Assembly: GCF_963921235.1 (NCBI RefSeq)
Contig: NC_086100.1
Span: forward strand, 11,160,001-11,224,000
DNA: 64,000 bases
DNA from: Mobula hypostoma
Taxonomy: Eukaryota
Direction of reading: 5' to 3'
The notes under the pieces were generated by a model that was not told the origin of the DNA, ran no database searches, and saw nothing but the letters and a program-made list of their open reading frames with translations. Within the stretch, counting starts at the first letter, position 1. Each line of letters starts with the position of its first letter. The translations under genes and the position numbers were made by a program. Of this stretch, positions 21,446-34,080 are shown in pieces.

Positions 21446-24400
21446 CTCCAATGTCAACTCATCTTTTCTAAGGGACACAAAATTACTGATAATACTCCAA
21501 ATTAGATATAATCGGCACCTTATAAAGATTTAACATTACATCCTTGCGTTGATATGCTAATCCTCTTGAAATGAATGATAACATTGCATTTGTCTTCCTC
21601 ACTACCAACACAACCTGCAAATTAACATTTAGGGAATCCTGTACGAAGAGTTCCAAATCACCTTGCAACTCAGATATAGCTCCCATCAGGGTCTTTTTAC
21701 ATTTCTTAGTCCAACCCATAACGGTTCTGCCCTTCCCATCTTACATCACTTCTTTGTAATGAAGTGATTTCATTTCTTCCGAACACAGCCACCCCAACCC
21801 CTTTGCCTACCTGCCTGTCCTTTCAATACAACTCAGATTTTGCTCCATTTAGAAAATAGTCCATGCTTTTCTTTCTTTTGCAAAGTGCATGGCCATACAC
21901 CGCCACCCCAACACTGTATTCCATCTGCCACTTCTTTGCTCATTCTCCTAATCTGACTAAGACCTTCTGTAGCCTCTCTGCTTCCTCAAAACTACCTGCC
22001 CCTCCACCTATCTTTGTATTGTCTGCAATTTGACCATCAATTCATTCATCCAAATAATTGACATATAATATAGAAAGAAGAGGTCCCAGCGCAGACTCCT
22101 GTGGAACACCGCTGGTCCCGAGCTCATCAGGCCAGTGCTTATGCCGGTTTCCGTGGCGTGAAGCAACTAAGAGTACAAGACTCCCTCACCTCCCCCCCCC
22201 CCACCGGATAGGACGCCAGTCTATTGCGCCAACCAGAAAAGGCTCCCTTTATTTCCAGTCTTTGCTTCCTGCCAGTCAGCTAATGCTCTATCCACGTTGG
22301 TACCATTCCTGTAATACTATGGGCTCTTAATTTTTTTAGCGGCCTTATGTATGGCATCTTGCCAAGTGCCTTCTGAAAATCCAAGTACACAACATCCACT
22401 GATTCTCCTTTGTCTATTTTGCTTATCATTTCTATAAAGAATTCCAACAGACTTGTCAGGCGAGATTTTCCCTTTAGGAAACCATGCTGACCTCGGCCTA
22501 TTTTAACATATACCTCCAAGTACCCTGAATCCACATCCTTAACAATCGACTCCAACATCTTCCCAACCACTGAGGTCAGACTAACTGGCCTATAATTTCC
22601 TTCAATCTGCCTCTCTGCCTTCTTGATGAGTGGAATGTCATTTGAAATTTTCCATTCCTCTGGAATCATGCCAGAATTCATTGATAGTTTGCCATCCCAA
22701 TCTCTTCAGCCACCCCATTCAGAACCCTGAGGTGTACACCATTTAGTCCAAGTGACTTATCCACCAATTCACTTCTGCCCCGACACTCTCGAACTGCTGA
22801 CATACAGCTAGTGAGGACTAATGTAAAATACTTATTCAGTTTGTCCGTCATTTCCTTGTCCCCCATTATAACCTCTCCAGCATCATTTTCTAGCAATCCA
22901 ACATCTACTCTCATCTCTCTTTTACACTTTATATGCCCGAAGCAACTTTTGGTATTCTCTTTAATATTATTGGCTAGCTTACCTTCGTATTCAACTTTTC
23001 TCTCTTTATGACTTTTTTAGTTGCCTTCTGTTGGTTTTTAAAAGCTCCCCAATCCTCTAACTCCCTGCTTGTCATGGTCCGGATCGGGGTCTCTTTAAAT
23101 TTACTTTGTTTATGTTACGATCCGGACCGTGGACTCCCTGTTTCCCTTTGGTTCCCTGTTTTCCCGTGTCCCTCGGCCTTGGTGTTTAGAGGCAATTTAC
23201 TCTCGGCTGAAACGGTAGTTTATAGTCTCCGGCTTTCAGCCGTTCGGCACGAGAGCGTCTGCAAAGTCACCAGAGGTACTGCGTGCCAATGTCACCTGGC
23301 CGGAGCAAGCCTTGTCTCCGCCCGAAGCGAGTGCCGGTAATTCGCCTTTCCTTACCGGAGCAACCCTGTCAAGTTACCTCGGCAAAGCGAGCCTGCAAAG
23401 TTTCCTCACCGAGGTGGGTCCATTGGTTAACCTGCCGGAGGGAATCAAGAACCGCTGTCTACTGTTCCCAGGCCGAGTTGAGAGCTCGCCACTACCCGGA
23501 GACTCCAAGTCAAGTCCTGGCTCCGGGGGCGTCCAAGTACCGAGTCAAGTCCCGGCTCCGGGGGCATCCAAGTAAAGTCCCGGCCCTGGCGGTCCATGAT
23601 TCCTGTCATACCCCCCATCTGAATCTCTTCTCTGCCCCTCTCGCCTCTAGCCCTCATCTGCAGCCCTCGCCTGCACTTTGGTCTAGTTCTATCGCCGGAG
23701 CTAGATAGGTACTGTCTGGTGTTCACTCGTGTTGGTCTTGTCTTGTCCTCGCCTCCATGGGGTAAGTCTGGCCGTCTTGCCATTGCCCCGCGGGGGGTTA
23801 TGTCTTGTCTAGTCTTGTCCTCACCTCCGTGGGGTAAGTCAGGCCGTCTCGCCGTTGCCCCGCAGGGGGGGTCATGAGTCCCAGCCCTATGTCCTGTACC
23901 CAAGGAGGGGTCCCGGCTCTGTTCTGTGTGTGAGTCCCGGCCCTATGTCCTGTACCCAAGGAGGGATCCTGGCATTGTGTTCTGTGTATGTGTCCATGGT
24001 TCCATGTACCTGCTCTCCCGAGACCGAGGCTCTGTGTTCCCATGTTCCTCCTCTCCCTAGCCCATGTCATGTCCATGCCTGGTTCTGGGGTCCGAGCCTG
24101 AGGCAAGACCCAGGTACTGGGTCCTTGCCAAGTCTCTGGCTCAGAGTCCATACCGTAGCCTCTTCATGTCTCCTCTAGTTCTGGGATCCGATTCCGAGTC
24201 CAAGCCCAGACCTCTAGTCCCAGCCTAGCCGTAGTCCTGAGTCCTTCTCCGGTTCGCTATTCCTGCTTCTGCTTTGCTCTCCTGGTATCAAACAATAAAC
24301 TCAATTTAATTAACCTCACAAGATGAGTCTTGCACTTGGGTCCACCCTTGCTCCCAATGCCCCACCACTGTGATACTGCTAATATTTGCTCTATTATATT

Positions 24401-25430
24401 CCCTCACTTTGGCTTTTATCATAGCTTTGACTTCTTTTATTAGTCACAGTTGCATCATCATTCCCTTAGAATACCTTTTCTTTGGGATGTATCTACCCTG
24501 CACCTTTCTAATTACTCCCAGACACCCCAGTCATTGCTGCTCTGCTGTCATCCCTGCTAGGTTCCCTTGCAATCAATTTTGGCCTGCTCCTCTGTCACAT
24601 CTCTGTAATTCCCTTTACTCCATGTAATACTGATACACCTGACTTTAGCTTCTCCTTCTCAAATTGCAGGGTGAATTCAACCATATTATGATCACTGGTC
24701 CCGAAGGGTTCCTTTACCTTAAGCTCTCTAATTGTATAACACCCAATCCAGAATATCTGATCCCCTAGTGGGCTCAGACATGAGCTGCTCTAAAAAGCCA
24801 TCTCGTAGGCTTCTACAAATTCCCCCACTTGGGAGCCAGCACCAACCTGATTATCTACCTGCATATTGAAATTCCACATGACTATCGTAACATTGCCCCT
24901 TTGACATGCATTTTTTATATCCCATTGTAATTTGTAAACCACATCTTTACTACTGTTTGGAGGTCTATATATAGCTCCCATCAGAATCTTTTTACCTTTG
25001 TTGTATCTTAGCTTGACCCATAATGGTTCTGCACCTTCCAATTCTACGTCACTTCTTTGTAATGATTTGATTTCATTTTTTACCAACACAGCCACCCCAA
25101 CCCCTCTGCCTATCTGCCTGTCCTTTCAATACAATGTTTATCCTTGGACGTTAAGTTCCCTGCTATAATCTTCTTGCAGATGTGATTCGGTGATGCCCAC
25201 AACATCACACATGCCAATCTGTAACTGTACTTCAAGTTCATCTACCTTATTTCGTACACTGTGAAAATTCAGATGTAACACCTTCAGTCCTGCATTCATC
25301 ACCCTTTTCGATTTTGTCCCCCTTGGGTTCAGGTGCAAACCGTCCCTTTTGTACAAGTCATACCTCACCCCAGAAGAGATCCCAATGATCCAGAAATCTG
25401 AACCCCTGTCCCCTGCAATAGCTCCATATA
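21446..25430 (-). mobile_element. Degraded CR1 (ORF1 end, EN, RT), interrupted by a solo LTR and a small insert near 22113-22227
   Basis: RDGLHLN, DVVGITES, YRPPNS, NYRPVSLTSVVGKMLE, QHGF, VVYLDFQKA. Confidence 0.88.
23070..24375 (+). mobile_element. Solo LTR (1306 bp), GC-rich, with internal tandem repeats
   Basis: TGTCA...TGTGATA termini; 5-bp TSD CTGCT (23065-23069 and 24376-24380); AATAAA at 24294; CR1 sequence resumes on both sides. Confidence 0.8.
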
Positions 25431-25536
25431 CATATCTATCTTGCCAATCATAAAATACACTCAGTGGTAATTTTATTAGGTAACTCCTGTATGTTCATTA
25501 CTTTCTGCTGTTGTAGCCCATACACTTGCAAGTTTC

Positions 25537-25757
25537 GTAAACACAAAATAATCTGCAGATGCTGGGGTCAAAGCAATACTCACAACACGCTGGAGGAACT
25601 CAGCAGGTCAGGCAGCATCCGTGGAAATGATGAGTCGACGTTTCGGGCCGGAACCTGTTCAATCAGTCCTGACGAAGGGTTCCGGCCCGAAACGTAGACT
25701 CATCGCTTCCACGGATGCTGCCCGACCTGCTGAGTTGCTCCAGCTTGTTGTGAGTGT
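25537..25757. mobile_element. 221-bp palindromic PLE pLTR insert
   Basis: Two inverted pLTR arms; 14-bp TSD CACTTGCAAGTTTC (25523-25536 and 25758-25771). Confidence 0.88.
25665..25700 (+). ncRNA. Minimal type I hammerhead ribozyme
   Basis: AGUC-CUGACGA-A-GGGuuccggCCC-GAAA-CG-UA^GACU: intact core and stems. Confidence 0.8.
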
Positions 25758-26764
25758 CACTTGCAAGTTTCAGTGTGTTATGCGTTCACAGATGTTATTA
25801 CACCACTGTTGTAATGCATGGGTTTTGGATTACTGTCACTTTCCTGTCAGTGTGAACCAGTCTGGCCATTCTTCTCTGACCTCTCTCATTTGTTGAAAAC
25901 TCAAGGCTTTTTCACCCACAGACTTACTGTTCGCTGGATTTTTTTTTGTTTTTTCGCACCATTTGCTATAAACTTTTTAGAGACTGTTGTGCATGAAAAT
26001 CCAAGGAGATCTGCAGTTTCTGAGATACTCAAACCACTTCATCTGGCACCAACAATCATTCCATAGTCAAAGTTACTTCGATCACATTTCTTCCCCATTC
26101 TGATGTTTGGTCTGAACAACAACTGAACTTCTTGACCATGTCTGCATGCTTTTATGTATTGAGTTGCTGCCATGTGATTAGTGTAGGTGTACAGGTGTAC
26201 AGGTGTACCTAATAAAGTGACCACTAAGTGTACAATTGCTGAAGTCTGAAGTACCCCAGGTTCTGAGCAATTCTTTCATATTGTGAGTTGGTTACCTGTA
26301 CTTCTATAAGAGTACCTGTTATGTACTGTACAAGAATTTGAGATGTCTTTGGCAATGAGTTTTTGAGAGATTGTTTATCAGCAAAATACAACTTTATAAT
26401 ATGAAGGTAGGAATTTATGCCCATTGGCAGTTTAGTGACTTACTGATTAGACAAGACAACAGCAAATTCTAATCTCCATTCTGCTTTAATCTCTGTGGGA
26501 CCAGTGGAATGGCGAAGATAAAATTTAACTGCAGTTGCCAATTCCATATCCAGTAATCACTACAGGAAGTACTGGTCTGCAGATTTCACCACGACATTTC
26601 TATGCTCTAGGTCCCTGCCAGTTTTCAAATGATGCTCACGTGTGAGTAATAACTGCCAACTTCTAGTAGTAACCTCAAGGGAAAATAAAAATTTCAAAGT
26701 TCAAAGTAAAATTTATTATCAAAGCTCATGCATGTCACCACATCCAACCCTCAGATTCCTTTTA

Positions 26765-28704
26765 TAGAACCATAGAACCATAGAACATTACAGCACAGAA
26801 ACAGGCCTTCTTGGCTGTGCCAAATCATTTTTCTGCCTATTCCCACTGACCTGCACCTGGGCTTCCATGCACCTCTCATCCATGTACCTGTCCAAGATTT
26901 TCTTAAATATTAAGTGAGCCCGTATTTACCACTTCATCTGGCAGCTCATCCCACACTCCCACCACTCTCTGTGTGAAGGAGCCCCCACTAATGTTCCCTT
27001 TAAACTTTTCCCCCTTCACCCTTAATCCATGTCCTCTGGTTTTTTTCTCCCCTTGCCTCAGTGGAAAAAGCCTGCTTACATTCACTCTATCTATACCCAT
27101 CATAATTTTATATACCTCTATCAAATCTCCCCTAATTCTTCTATGCTCCAGGGAATAAAGTCCTAACCTATTCAACCTTTCTCTGTAACTCACTTTCTCA
27201 AGTCCAGGCAACATCCTTGTAAACCTTCTCTGCACTCTTTCCACCTTAATAATATCCTTCCTGTAACTTGGTGACTAAAACTGAACACAATACTCCAAAT
27301 TCGGCCTCACCAATGCCTTATACAACTTCATAACATTCCAACTCTGATACTCTATACTTTGATTTATAAAGGCCAATGTACCAAAAGCTCTCTTTACGAT
27401 CCTATCTACCTGTGACACCACTTTTAAGGAATTTTGTATCTGTATTCCCAGATCCCTCTGTTTTACTGCGCTCCTCAGTGCCTTACCATTTACCTTGTAT
27501 GTTCTACATTGGTTTGTCCTTCCAAAGTGCAATACCTCACACTTGTCTGTATTAAACTTCATCTACCATTTTTCAAACCATTTTTCCAGCTGGCCCAAAT
27601 CCCTCTGCAAGCTTTGAAAACCTTCCTCACTGTCCACTACACCTCCAATCTTTGTATCATCAGCAAGTTTGCTGATCCAACTTACCACATTATCATCCAG
27701 ATCATTGCTATAGTTGACAAATAACAATGGACCCAGCACTGATCCCTGTGGCACACCACTAGTCACAGGCCTCCACTCAGAGAAGCAATTCTCTACTACC
27801 ACTCTTCGGCTTCTTCCATTGAGCCAATGTCTAATCCAATTTGCCACCTCTCCATGTATACCTAGCGACTGAATATTCCTAACTAACCTCCCATGCAGGA
27901 CCTTGTCAAAAGCCTTACTGAAGTCCATGTAGACAACATCCACTGCCTTCCCTTCATCCACTTTCCCGGTAACCTCCTTGAAAAACTCTAATAGATTGAT
28001 CAAACATGACCTACCACGCACAAAGCCATGTTGACTCTCCCTAATAAGTCCCTGTCTATCCAAATACTTGTAGATTCTGTCTCTTAGTACTCCCTCCAAT
28101 AACTTACCTACTACTGATGTCAAACTTACTGGCCTGTAATTTCCCGGATTACTTTTAGAGCCTTTTTTAAACAATGGAACAACCTGAGCCACTCTCCAAT
28201 CCTCCGGCACTTCACCCGTAGATACCGACATTTTAGATATATCTGCCAGGGTCCCTGCAATTTCCACACTAGTCTCCTTCAAGGTCCGAGGGAATACCCT
28301 GTCAGGTCCTGGGGATTTATCTACTCTGATTTGTCCCTAGATAGCAAGCACCTCCTCCTCTTCAATCTGTATAGGTTCCATGACCTCACTACTTGTTTGC
28401 CTTATTTCCACTGACTCCATGCCAATTTCCTTAGTAAATACAGACGCAAAAAAAAACACTTAAGATCTCCCCCATTTCTTTTGGTTCCATACATAGCCGA
28501 CCACTCTGATCTTCACGAGGACCAATTTTATCCCTTACTATCCTTCTGCTCCTAATATACCTGTAGAAGCTCTTTGGATTATCCTTCACCTTGACTGCCA
28601 AAGCAACCTTATGTCTTCTTTTAGCCCTCCTGATCTCTTTCTTCAGTATTTTTTTTGCACTTTTTATACTCCTCAAGCACCTTATTTGCTCCCTGTTTCC
28701 CATA
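26765..28704 (-). mobile_element. CR1 ORF2 (RT) plus 3' tail, few lesions
   Basis: 239-aa ORF with NYRPVSLTS, QHGF, MDFSKAFDKV, SGVPQGSVLGP, LADDTK; (ttctatgg)n tail. Confidence 0.93.
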
Positions 28705-28942
28705 CATGTCATGGTACACTTCGGTGCCAATGATGTAGGAAGAAAGAGTGAGGAGGTCCTGGAGAGTGAGTATAGAGAGCTTAGTAGGAAGTTAGAAAGC
28801 AGAACCTCGAGGGTGGTAATCTCAGGATTGCTACCTGTGCTACATGCCAGTGAGGGTAAGAATAGGATGCTCTGGCGGATGAACACGTGGCTGAGGAACT
28901 GGTGTAGGGGGCAGGGTTTCAGATTTCAGGATCATTGGGACC
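28705..28942 (+). mobile_element. CR1 ORF1 fragment (SGNH esterase-like), inverted relative to the adjacent ORF2
   Basis: VHFGANDVGRKS..VVISGLLPV..MNTWLRNWCRGQGFRFQDHWD. Confidence 0.8.
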
Positions 28943-29104
28943 TCCATGGGCATATTTAGCAAATCTATAGAACAGTGACTGTAAACAGGATCAATGGATG
29001 ACAAACTATGCAAGTACATATATAAATAAATCGCAATAAATAATGAGCACAAAATAAAAGAATCCTTAAATGAGTGCAGTTATCCCCTTTTGTTCAACAG
29101 CCTG

Positions 29105-31870
29105 AAAGATGACATAATCATGGCTAACAAGAGAAGTCAAAACCAACATAAAAGCCAAAGAGAGGGCATATAATAGAGCAAAAAATTAGTGGGAATTTAG
29201 AGGATTGGGAAACTTCTAAAAACCAACAGAAGTCACAAAGAAGGTAGAGATGGAATACAGAAGTAAACTAGCCAATAATATTAAGGAGGATACCAAACAC
29301 TTCTTTGGATACATAAAATGTGAAAAAGAGGCAAGAGTGGATAGCGAATTGCTGGAAAAAGATGCTGGAGAGGTATTAATGGGGGGACAACAAAATGGCG
29401 AATGAATTGAATAAGTATTTTGCATCTGACTTCATTGCAGAAGACACTAGCAGTGTGATGGAAGTTCCAGGTGTCAGGGGGCATGAAGTGTGTGAAGATA
29501 CAATAACTAGAGAGAAGTTCCTTGGGAAACAGAAAGGTCTGAAGGTAGAGAAGTCACCTACACTAAATGGGGTTCACCCCAGAGTTCTGAAAGAGGTGGC
29601 TGAAGAGATCATGGAGGCATTAGTAATGATCTTTCAAGAATCACTGGATTCTGGAATGGTTCTGGAGGACTGAAAAATTGCAAATGTTACTCCACTCATC
29701 AAGAAGGGAGAGAGCTAGAAGAAAGGAAACTATAGGCCAGTTAGTCTGACCTCAGTGGTTGGGAAGATGTTGGAGTTGATTAAGGATGGAGGTCTCAGGG
29801 TACTTGGAGGCACATGATAAAATAAATAGACCACAGTCAGCATGGCTTCCTCAAGGGAAAATCTTGCCTGACAAATCTATGAAGATAGGCAGAGGGGCAG
29901 GTAGGTTTGAGGAAGTAGAGAGGCTACAGAAGGACTTAGACAGATTCGGAGAACGGACAAAGAGATGGAATAGAGTGTTGGGAAGTGTATGGTCATGCAC
30001 TTTGTAGAAGAAATAAAAGTGCTAACTATTTTCCAAATGGAGAGAAAATACAAAAAAAAAACTGAGGTGCAAAAGGACTTTGGAGTCCTTTTGCAGTATT
30101 CCCTAAAGATTAATTTGCAGGTTGAGTCTGTGTTGGGAAAAGTAAATGCAATGTTGGCATTCATTTCAAAAGGACTAGAATATAAAAGCAAGGATGTAAT
30201 GTTGAACCTTAATTAGGCACTGGTGAGGCCTCACATGGAGAATTGTGAACAGGCTTGGGCCCCTTATCTAAAAAGGATGTGCTAAAACTGAAGAATGTTC
30301 AAAGGAGATTCACGAAAATGATTCCAGGATTGAATAGTTTGTCCTACGAAGAGCATTTGATGGCTCTAGGCCTGTATTCACTAGAATTCAGAAGAATGTA
30401 AGGTGACCTAATTGAAACCTATTGAAAGGTGAAAGGGTTTGATAGGATGGATGTGGAGAGAATGTTTTCTGTGGTGGGAGATTCTACGAACAGAGGAAAC
30501 AGCCTCAGATTAGAGAGACGTCCCTTTAGAATCAGAATCAGAATCAGAATCAGGTTTATTTTCACTGGCATGTGACGTGAAACTTGTTAACTTAGCAGCA
30601 GCAGCAGTTCAATGCAATACATAATCTAGCAGAGAGAGAAAAAATATAATAAATAAAATAAAACATAATAATAAATAAAGAAGTAAATCAGTTACATGTA
30701 TTGAATAGATTATTTTAAAATGTGCAAAAACAGAAATACTGTATATTAAAAAAAGTGAGGTAGTGTCCAAAGGTTCAAAGTCCATTTAAGGATCGGATGG
30801 CAGAGGGGAAGAAGCTGTTCCTGAGTTGCTGAGTGTGTGCCTTCTGGCTTCTGTATCTCCTGCCTGATGGTAACAGTGAGAAAAGGGAATGGTATGAACA
30901 TAGAATTCTCCAAGTTCCGGTAATTCCCTCCCCCTCCCTTCCCCTACCCCTATGTCACTCTGCCCCCTCCCCCAGCTGCCTACCACCTCCCTCTTGGTTC
31001 CACCTCCTTCTACTACCTATTGTGTTTTCCCCTATTCTTTCTTCACCTTTCCTGCCTATCCCCTCCCTGCCTCCCTTACCCCACCCCTTTATCTTTCCCC
31101 TTACTGGTTCTTCACCTGGAACCTACCAGCCTTCTCCTTCCCACCCTCCCCCCACCTTCTTTATAGGGCCTCTGCCCATTCTCCCTACAGTCCTGATGAA
31201 GGGTTCCGGCCCGAAACATCGACTGATCATTTCCACCGATGCTGCCCGACCTGCTGAGTTCCTCCAGCGTGTTGTGAGTGTTGCTTTGACCCCAGCATCC
31301 GCAGATTATTTTGTGTTTGAGAAAAAGGCATGCCCTGGGTGCTGGAGGTCTTTAATAATGGACGCTACCTTTCTGAGACACCGCTTCCTAAAGATGTCCT
31401 GGGTACTTTGTAGGCTAGTGCCCAAGATAGGGCTGACTAGATTTACAAACTTCTGCAGCTTCTTTTGGTCCTGTGCAGTAGCCCCTCCATACCAGACAGT
31501 GATGCAGCCTGTCAGAATGCTCTCCACGGTACAACTATAGAAGTTTTTAAATGTATTTGTTGACGTGCCAAATGGCATCAAACTCCTAATAATGTATAGC
31601 TGCTGTCTCGGAGATGAGGAGGAATTTGTTTAGCCTGAGAGTGGTGAGTCTATGGAATTCTCTGCCACAGGCAACTGTGGAGGCCAAGTATTTATGTATG
31701 TATTTAAGGCAGAAGTTGATAGATTCTTGATTGGTCAGGACATGAAGGGATATGGGGAGAAGGCAGGAGATAGGGGCAGAGAGGAAATTTGGATCAGCCA
31801 TGATGAAATGGCAGAGCAGACTCGATGGGCCAAATAGCCTAATTTTGCACGTATATCTTATAGTCTTATG
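29105..31870 (+). mobile_element. Degraded CR1 (29105-30528 and ~31608-31870) with a nested Rex1/Babar LINE (30529-31605, -), itself interrupted by a PLE 3' end
   Basis: MANELNKYFAS, HPRVLKEVAEEI; (gaatca)n tail at 30529 and NFYSCTVESILTGCITVWYGG on the minus strand. Confidence 0.82.
30893..31318 (+). mobile_element. PLE 3' end/pLTR with hammerhead at 31188-31225
   Basis: GMNIEFSKFR* then a pyrimidine tract; CAGUC-CUGAUGA-A-GGGuuccggCCC-GAAA-CA-UC-GACUG (stem III palindrome broken by G>A). Confidence 0.85.
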
Positions 31871-31923
31871 GTTGAGAAGTAGTAACTGTTCCTGAAACTG
31901 GTAGTGCAAGTCCTGAGTCCTGA

Positions 31924-32735
31924 GGAGTTTAATACAGACAAGTGTGAGGTATCGCACGTTGGAAGGACAAACCAAGGTAGAACATACAGGGTTAATGGTA
32001 AGGCACTGAGGAGTGCAGTGGAACAGAGGAATCTGGGAATACAGATACAAAATTCCCTAAAAGTGGCGTCTCAGGTAGATAGGGTCGTAAAGAGAGCTTT
32101 TGGTACATTGGCCTTTATTAATCAAAGTATTGAGTATAAGAGCTGGAATGTTATGATGAGGTTGTATAAGGCATTGGTGAAGCCGAATCTGGAGTATTGT
32201 GTTCAGTTTTGGTCACCAAATTACAGGAAGGATATAAATGAGGTTGAAAGAGTGCAGAGAAGGTTTACAAGGATGTTGCCGGGACTTGAGAAACTCAGTT
32301 ACAGAGAAAGGTTGAACAGGTTAGGACTTCATTCCCTGGAGCGTAGAAGAATGAGGGGAGATTTGATAGAGGTATATAAAATTATGATGGGTATAGATAG
32401 AGTGGATGCAAGCAGGCTTTTTCCACTGAGGCAAGGGGAGAAAAAAACCAGAGGACATGGGTTAAGGGTGAGGGGGGAAAAGTTTAAAGGGAACATTATG
32501 GGGGGCTTCTTCACACAGAGAGTGGTGGGAGTATGGAATGAGCTGCCAGACGAGGTGGTAAATGCGGGTTCTTTTTTAACATTTAAGAATAAATTGGACA
32601 GATACATGGATGGGAGGTGTATGGAGGGATATGGTCCGTGTGCAGGTCAGTGGGACTAGGCAGAAAATGGTTCGGCACAGCCAAGAAGGGCCAAAAGGCC
32701 TGTTTCTGTACTGTAGGTTCTATGGTTTCTATGGT
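31924..32735 (+). mobile_element. CR1 3' end, open frame, same subfamily as 26765-27565
   Basis: FNTDKCEV..LEYCVQFWSP..RRRMRGDL..WNELP; (ttctatgg) tail. Confidence 0.92.
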
Positions 32736-33420
32736 AACTGTACCTTCTAACTGATGACGACAGCGAGGAAAAAGCATGGCCTGGGTGGTGAGGATCTCTG
32801 ACGATGGATGCTGCTTTCCTACAAAAGAGGTTCATGTAGATGTGGGAGGGTTTTACCTGTGATGTACTGGGCCGAATCCACAAGCTTTTGTAGGATTTTC
32901 CACTCAAAAGCATTGGTACCAGGCCATATTGCAGCTGGTCAGCACTTCCCACCACACATCTACAGAAGTTTGCCAAAGTTTTTGATGACTTGCTGAATCT
33001 CTGCAGACTCCTGAGGAAGTAGAAGCATTATAGGAATTTGTAGGATTTCCATATGTAGGACTTCAGATATGCTTCCAAAGCCACATGCTGTCTTTTACTT
33101 CTCAGTTATGGAGTTGATTTACATATCTACCCCGCTGACAAAATATATCTGACTCATTTTGAAATAGCTCATTCTTGTGATTGACTCTTATCAGTTTACA
33201 AAGCATTGCCTTTGCAAGGGCACCTTCTATGTACAAGAGTTTGGAATGCCTTTAGCAAAGAATTTGTTGAGAGGTTGCTAATCAATAAAAAATGTTTGGT
33301 TCAAAATAAAATTAAAAAATGTCAGAATTGAGAAACAGCCAATTAATGCAGAGAAACACATATTAAAGTCTTTTGAACCATCTCGTTTAATTGTGAATAA
33401 TCACATTATGATCTTCATTA

Positions 33421-34080
33421 AACACATAAAAGTTGCTGGTGAACACAGCAGGCCAGGCAGCATCTCTAGGAAGAGGTATAGTTGACGTTTCGGGCCAAGA
33501 CCCTTCGTCAGGACTAGTTGAAAGAAGAGCTAGTAAGAGATTTGAAAGTTGGAGGGGGAGGGGGAGATCCGAAGTGATAGGAGAAGACAGGAGGAGGAGG
33601 GATGGAGCCAAGAGCTGGACAGGTGATTGGCAAAAGGGATATGAGAGGATCATGGGACAGTAGGCTTAGGGAGAAAGAAAAGGGGGAGGGGAAGCCCAGA
33701 GGATGGGCAAGGGGTATAGTCAGAGGGACAGAGGGAGAAAAAGGAGAGAGAGAGAAAGAATGTGTGTATATAAATAAATAACAGATGGGGTACAAGGGGG
33801 AGGTGGGGCATTAGCGGAAGTTTGAGAAGTCAACGTTCATGCCATCAGGTTGGAGGCTACCCTGACGGAATATAAGGTTTTGTTCCTCCAACCTGAGTGT
33901 GGCTTCATCTTTACAGTAGAGGAGGCCATGGATAGACATATCAGAATGGGAATGAGAGGAACAACACCTTATATTCTGTCGACTGTACCTCTTCCTAGAA
34001 ATGCTGCCTGGCCTGCTGCGTTCACCAGCAACTTTTATGTGTGTTGCTTGAAATTCCAGCATCCGCAGATTTCCTCGTGT
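33421..34080 (-). mobile_element. Short PLE insert: EN tail + pLTR (-) with an inverted pLTR arm (+)
   Basis: 15-bp TSD TTATGATCTTCATTA (33406-33420 and 34081-34095); hammerhead at 33480-33515 with intact core and one stem I mismatch. Confidence 0.9.

Larger units (their letters stand above)
25456..26232 (-). mobile_element. Tc1-derived non-autonomous element, interrupted by a palindromic PLE insert
   Basis: TA-flanked TIRs; MGKKCDRSNFDYGMIVGAR remnant. Confidence 0.85.

Noticed and set aside
23008..24178. Overlapping 100-150 aa ORFs
   Set aside because: They lie inside a GC-rich solo LTR with internal repeats and have no gag, pol or env motifs.
30833..31540. 235-aa ORF
   Set aside because: Runs through a PLE pLTR and an antisense LINE; a composite artefact.
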